Shown here: piece by piece, positions 62,782 to 64,000 of the stretch | Position numbering within the stretch: position 1 is the stretch's first letter | Layout: each line of letters opens with the position of its first letter | Source of the DNA: Raillietiella orientalis | Lineage: Eukaryota | Direction of reading: 5' to 3' | Assembly: GCA_036172245.1 (NCBI GenBank) | Contig: JAYWIR010000032.1 | Location: 992,001-1,056,000 of the forward strand | Length of the DNA: 64,000 nt | The notes under the pieces: generated by a model | Seen by the model: only the letters and a program-made list of their open reading frames with translations | Told to the model about the DNA's origin: nothing | Database searches by the model: none | Program-made: the position numbers and the translations under genes

Positions 62782-64000
62782 CTGCAAACGGAAGCAACGT
62801 CAGTTCCCGGAGAGCTTGCGCAAGGAAAAGGGGGAAGGGGAATCGGGGTTTCGCCCTTGGAAACGGCGCAGCAGGACAGGAGGTGAGGGAACGTCCTCAC
62901 CTCCCGCTCGACGAGGTCAGGACATCTTGACCCCGAGGAACCGATTTGGAGAGGAATCGACCCCTCAGATGCTCCTGCCGTCTCCCGGGATCGATCGATC
63001 CGGAGTGTCCCGAGTGACGAAGTCCTTCGTAGGCGTGGAGAGGAGAACAGGGAGCGCTTCAAAGACGGGAGAGGTCAGAGCAGATCACGGCGAGGTCTGC
63101 CCGCCCCTCCTCCTCCTTCGATGCTCCGAGGCGAAGACGAGGACCGGATCCTCGTCCTGCTCGTCCGATGCGGTTGTGCTGCTCCAACGGTCGCTTCTGG
63201 TAGAAGGTACATCGACGAGGATGGCATCCCTCTCCGTCGCCTGGAGACGGAGTCCATCGCGAGAAGCGTGTATCCCGTTTTCCGGCCTTTACAAAAGGAA
63301 CGGGAGGGTCTCAGATGGAACTTCTGGTGCCTCCTCCTCCTCTTCCTTCCCTTTCTCTTCAACTCCGAGTCCGTCTCCACAGGAACGAGAGAGAAACTGT
63401 AAGCGCGCGGGCGGCTAATGTCCCTCCTCTCGGGTCCTCTTCTTCTTCATGGAGACTCTCCTCATTCTTGTCTTTCACGAACGTTCCCCTTTCTCGCATC
63501 TGCGCCTCCCGGGTATATTCTGGCAACGGGAGCTCGCGAAGTGTGGCGTTGCGATCTGACGCCTTTTCCTAGGACGCAGGTCCTTCCCGCACGGAAAATC
63601 CAACAACCTCAAAGGCGGTCCCCCGAGCCAAGGTCTTTCGCTGTCCCCGATGGAGGCCCTGGAGACCGGAAGGGAGACTTTCCGGGACTCGGTCGCTCTC
63701 GCGGGAGGTGGTCACCGGGGGTCCGGACGCTCCGGACGAGAACCCTGCGCGCGCTGCTCCCCCGAAAGCGCGGCAACCCTTCCGGCGTCAGTCCTCGAGG
63801 CCGAGTTCCAGGGCGGCTTCCATCTCCTCCCACTCACGGGCAACTGCCCTTCCCTCTGCGACCTCCCGCACCGAGGCCACGGCACGGCAATCCTCGTTGC
63901 CAGGGTCCCCCAGAAACGACAACCACCCGAACGCAACAGCGGGGGCAACAGCGCCTCGTTCCGGGTTCACCCGCGCGCCCGTCGGCGATCGCAGAGTTTC

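Overview
Eukaryotic (invertebrate, probably arthropod) genomic DNA, not prokaryotic, so most ORFs in the track are spurious. An AT-rich island at about 5-14 kb holds three genes: a spliced Elongin-C gene on the minus strand (four coding exons, one intron only 41 nt), an intronless mitochondrial glutamyl-tRNA synthetase (EARS2) on the plus strand, and a tRNA-Val(TAC). The last three coding exons of a Beat-like (beaten path) Ig-domain protein lie on the minus strand at 49-63 kb; its 5' exons are beyond the window end. The rest is GC-rich and full of decayed transposons (L1/Tx1-like LINE 3' ends, gypsy integrase, mariner and pogo remnants) plus long polypurine/polypyrimidine tracts. The best candidate for something undescribed is a long (about 0.93 kb) tRNA-headed, hairpin-rich SINE-like element with four copies. 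Two copies have target-site duplications and are inserted right beside the ORF2 stop codon of L1/Tx1-like elements. Those LINEs share a conserved structured 3' UTR and an AATAAA plus stem-loop terminus. All homology calls were made by eye from motifs; no database searches were run.
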